From UHGV virus genome UHGV-0336137: 46,423 nt of DNA; one strand, written 5' to 3'. The position numbers were made by a program, and so were the translations under genes. Source of the DNA: a virus. How positions within the stretch are numbered: the stretch's first letter is position 1; each line of letters opens with the position of its first letter. Of this stretch, positions 44,859 through 46,423 are shown piece after piece. The notes beneath the pieces are model-generated. The model was not told the DNA's origin. It did not search any database and worked only from the letters and a program-made list of their open reading frames with translations.

Positions 44859-44900
44859 AATCTACACCACCAATCAAAACCTGTCAACATGATATAATGC
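44855..44900. promoter_or_regulatory. divergent promoter region: AATCTACACCA (44859-44869; leftward TGGTGTAGATT for tRNAs) plus extended -10 TGATATAAT (44890-44898) for the major tail gene
   Basis: same spacing (element to -10, 33-34 nt) as at 286-324; GAGAGGA RBS before ATG 44933. Confidence 0.5.
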
Positions 44901-44932
44901 GATTGTTTAGCTAAACAGAGAGGATTCTAAAC

Positions 44933-45685
44933 ATGGCTATTTGTGCAAATGATAACGGCATCATCACAGGTCGCCAGTCGCTCATCGAGCTGGCTGATGG
45001 CTGCTGGGATGCTGTACCAGCAGAGGAAGATTGGAAGTTTTTTGCTCCAATGACCTCAAAAGGCGTCGACTTCAGCCCAAGCACCACTACCTCAGAGGCT
45101 GATGATGGCGATGGCTTTGTTGCGACGCTGGTCACTACCGCAGACCTCACCATTTCTGGTGATTTTGAGGTTCGCAAGGCTGATAAGGCTGATGAGTATG
45201 GCGTACATAACCTCATCAAATACTTTGTCACCGAAGTAAAAGCTCGTCGTCAGCCTTCGCTGTGGGTGCGTCAGACCACCGGTAATACCGTTGTTGTTGC
45301 CTACTGCAACATTACCGCTCTGAGCTACGATGGCGGCACCAACGACATTATCACCGGCTCAGTTGAATTCAAGCCTTATGATGGCTCTACCGTTGATGTG
45401 TCCAGCATCGAAGATTTAACGCCGACTACTGATATCGGCAAAACCAAAAACGTTGCTACTGGCGAAACTCTGACGCTCGGCCCGGTAGTTGCGGATGGCG
45501 GTGTCGAGCCTTATACCTACCAATGGTATAAAGGCACTTCGCCGATTAGCGACGCAACTTCTGCCACGTATACCAAGGGCGATGCTGCCGCAGGTGATGC
45601 TGGTACGTACTTCTGCCGCGTGATGGATTCGGCAACCAGTCCTGATTACGTTGACTCCACCAAGTGTGTTGTTACCGTTGGGTGA
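44933..45685 (+). CDS. major tail protein with C-terminal Ig-like domain
   Basis: 250 aa from a strong promoter and RBS; C-terminal ..TLTLGPVVADGGVEPYTYQWYKGTSPI...GDAGTYFCRVMD.. immunoglobulin-like signature; closes the tail module if the window wraps. Confidence 0.6.
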   Translation: MAICANDNGIITGRQSLIELADGCWDAVPAEEDWKFFAPMTSKGVDFSPSTTTSEADDGDGFVATLVTTADLTISGDFEVRKADKADEYGVHNLIKYFVTEVKARRQPSLWVRQTTGNTVVVAYCNITALSYDGGTNDIITGSVEFKPYDGSTVDVSSIEDLTPTTDIGKTKNVATGETLTLGPVVADGGVEPYTYQWYKGTSPISDATSATYTKGDAAAGDAGTYFCRVMDSATSPDYVDSTKCVVTVG

Positions 45686-45690
45686 TAAAG

Positions 45691-45712
45691 AAAACCCCCG
45701 AAAGGGGGTTTA
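45691..45712. terminator. bidirectional rho-independent terminator
   Basis: AAAACCCCC-GAAA-GGGGGTTTATT. Confidence 0.6.
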
Positions 45713-45904
45713 TTCTGTTCTGACATATCTAAAAAACAACTTATCTTGAGATATCATCTTTAATTTGCCATCTCGCTCCATTCTTCTTGCTATCCTCCGC
45801 ATGTTACCATGCGAAGATTTAAATTTATGGACATAAATCCAGCCGTAATATTCAATCATTTCGTTCACATGGCTTTCTTTTTTTATTTTATGAATGGCTC
45901 TCAT
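45710..45904 (-). CDS. hypothetical basic protein (64 aa)
   Basis: moron between the major tail gene and the duplicated small gene. Confidence 0.3.
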   Translation of the reverse strand: MRAIHKIKKESHVNEMIEYYGWIYVHKFKSSHGNMRRIARRMERDGKLKMISQDKLFFRYVRTE

Positions 45905-45906
45905 TA

Positions 45907-46059
45907 TCACGCCTTCCTCGTCTTATTTTTAATCGCCCACAAAATCAGATTAGCCATAAACTCAGATCGCTTTAAGTGAATGGCAATCGCGTAATTAATG
46001 TCAATGCACTGTCCGGCATAGGCGGATATGACATCAGCATCTGTTTGGTCAACCACCAT
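45907..46059 (-). CDS. small hypothetical protein (50 aa); paralog of the ORF at 1..124
   Basis: MVVDQTDADVISAYAGQCIDINYAIAIHLKRSEFMANLILWAIKNKTRKA; about 70% DNA identity to window positions 1-124. Confidence 0.35.
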   Translation of the reverse strand: MVVDQTDADVISAYAGQCIDINYAIAIHLKRSEFMANLILWAIKNKTRKA

Positions 46060-46077
46060 TGGTTTTCTCCCGCAACA

Positions 46078-46398
46078 TCATACACACTCATCAAGCTGAC
46101 GGCGCAACATGCACAGCGCGCCATGCGGCATAAACTGATTAGCCATGCCATCGAATATCTGGCGGTTTAATTTATTATCAATTCGCGGCCTGATTGCTGA
46201 CCAGCACGCGCGTATTGATTTGTTAACCTGGCGAGACTCCATCATGGCAAACTTAGTTGCTAGTTCAATTGTTACCAAGGCGTCAATGTATTGCTCGCAT
46301 GCATAGCGGTTCTCATCGTCCGCTGACTCCCTCAAGCCTGTAAATTCACCATCAGAATGATCGCCATCATCTTCACCTACATATTCAATATCCATCAA
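46078..46398 (-). CDS. hypothetical acidic protein (106 aa)
   Basis: MMDIEYVGEDDGDHSDGEF...; minus-strand moron upstream of the duplicated small gene. Confidence 0.35.
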   Translation of the reverse strand: MMDIEYVGEDDGDHSDGEFTGLRESADDENRYACEQYIDALVTIELATKFAMMESRQVNKSIRACWSAIRPRIDNKLNRQIFDGMANQFMPHGALCMLRRQLDECV

Positions 46399-46423
46399 GC
46401 TCTCCTGGTTTTATTCTTTATAC

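Noticed and set aside
286-44869. Could the recurrent 11-bp element be a CRISPR array or a transposon inverted repeat?
   Set aside because: Copies are dispersed over 44 kb at irregular spacing, always in promoter-like intergenic positions, and are not flanked by repeat-spacer structure or target-site duplications.
44911-45231. 106-aa antisense ORF inside the major tail protein gene
   Set aside because: It is antisense to a highly expressed gene with a strong promoter and RBS. Ser/Ala-rich composition is typical of a spurious frame.
45976-46170. 64-aa plus-strand ORF 45976..46170
   Set aside because: It overlaps the better-supported minus-strand paralog gene (45907..46059) and the start region of 46078..46398, and it has no RBS.
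1-46423. Lysogeny functions (integrase, excisionase, CI/Cro switch, attP)
   Set aside because: No tyrosine or serine recombinase motifs and no CI-like repressor were found. ParB-like and HTH proteins are present but are not sufficient to call a temperate lifestyle.

Overview
The window reads as a nearly complete, tightly packed genome (about 46 kb) of a virulent siphovirus-type phage of an enterobacterial host. No integrase or CI-like repressor was seen. The order is: tail module (chaperone-like, tape measure, minor tail proteins, tail-tip protein, tail fibre with SGNH esterase domain), then a minus-strand replication/recombination operon (SSB, RecA-fold ATPase, PD-(D/E)xK exonuclease, VRR-NUC, SF2 helicase, primase, DUF3987-like, AP2 protein), an AT-rich control region with repeats and palindromes, an early operon, terminase small / HNH-AP2 endonuclease / terminase large, an accessory island, portal, a T5orf172-type endonuclease-like gene, MuF-like head protein, a moron pair, a lysis cassette (endolysin, holin-like, Rz with embedded Rz1), an early-type operon with a Lar-like anti-restriction gene, head protease-scaffold / decoration / major capsid, a minus-strand operon (ParB-like, C5-cytosine methyltransferase, endonuclease-VII-like HNH, DnaN-like mini clamp), head-tail joining genes, a minus-strand tRNA cassette, and the major tail protein. 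The major tail protein sits at the end of the window and the chaperone-like/tape-measure pair at its start, and a diverged small gene occurs at both ends, so the ends probably abut in the real genome. The clearest non-genic signal is an 11-bp element, AATCTACGTCA (reverse complement TGACGTAGATT), present in about 15 copies confined to intergenic promoter regions. Plus-strand late operons instead carry extended -10 promoters (TGnTAWAAT). Functional calls rest on motifs recognised by eye, and start codons were refined by RBS inspection; several ORF-track starts are TTG/GTG.
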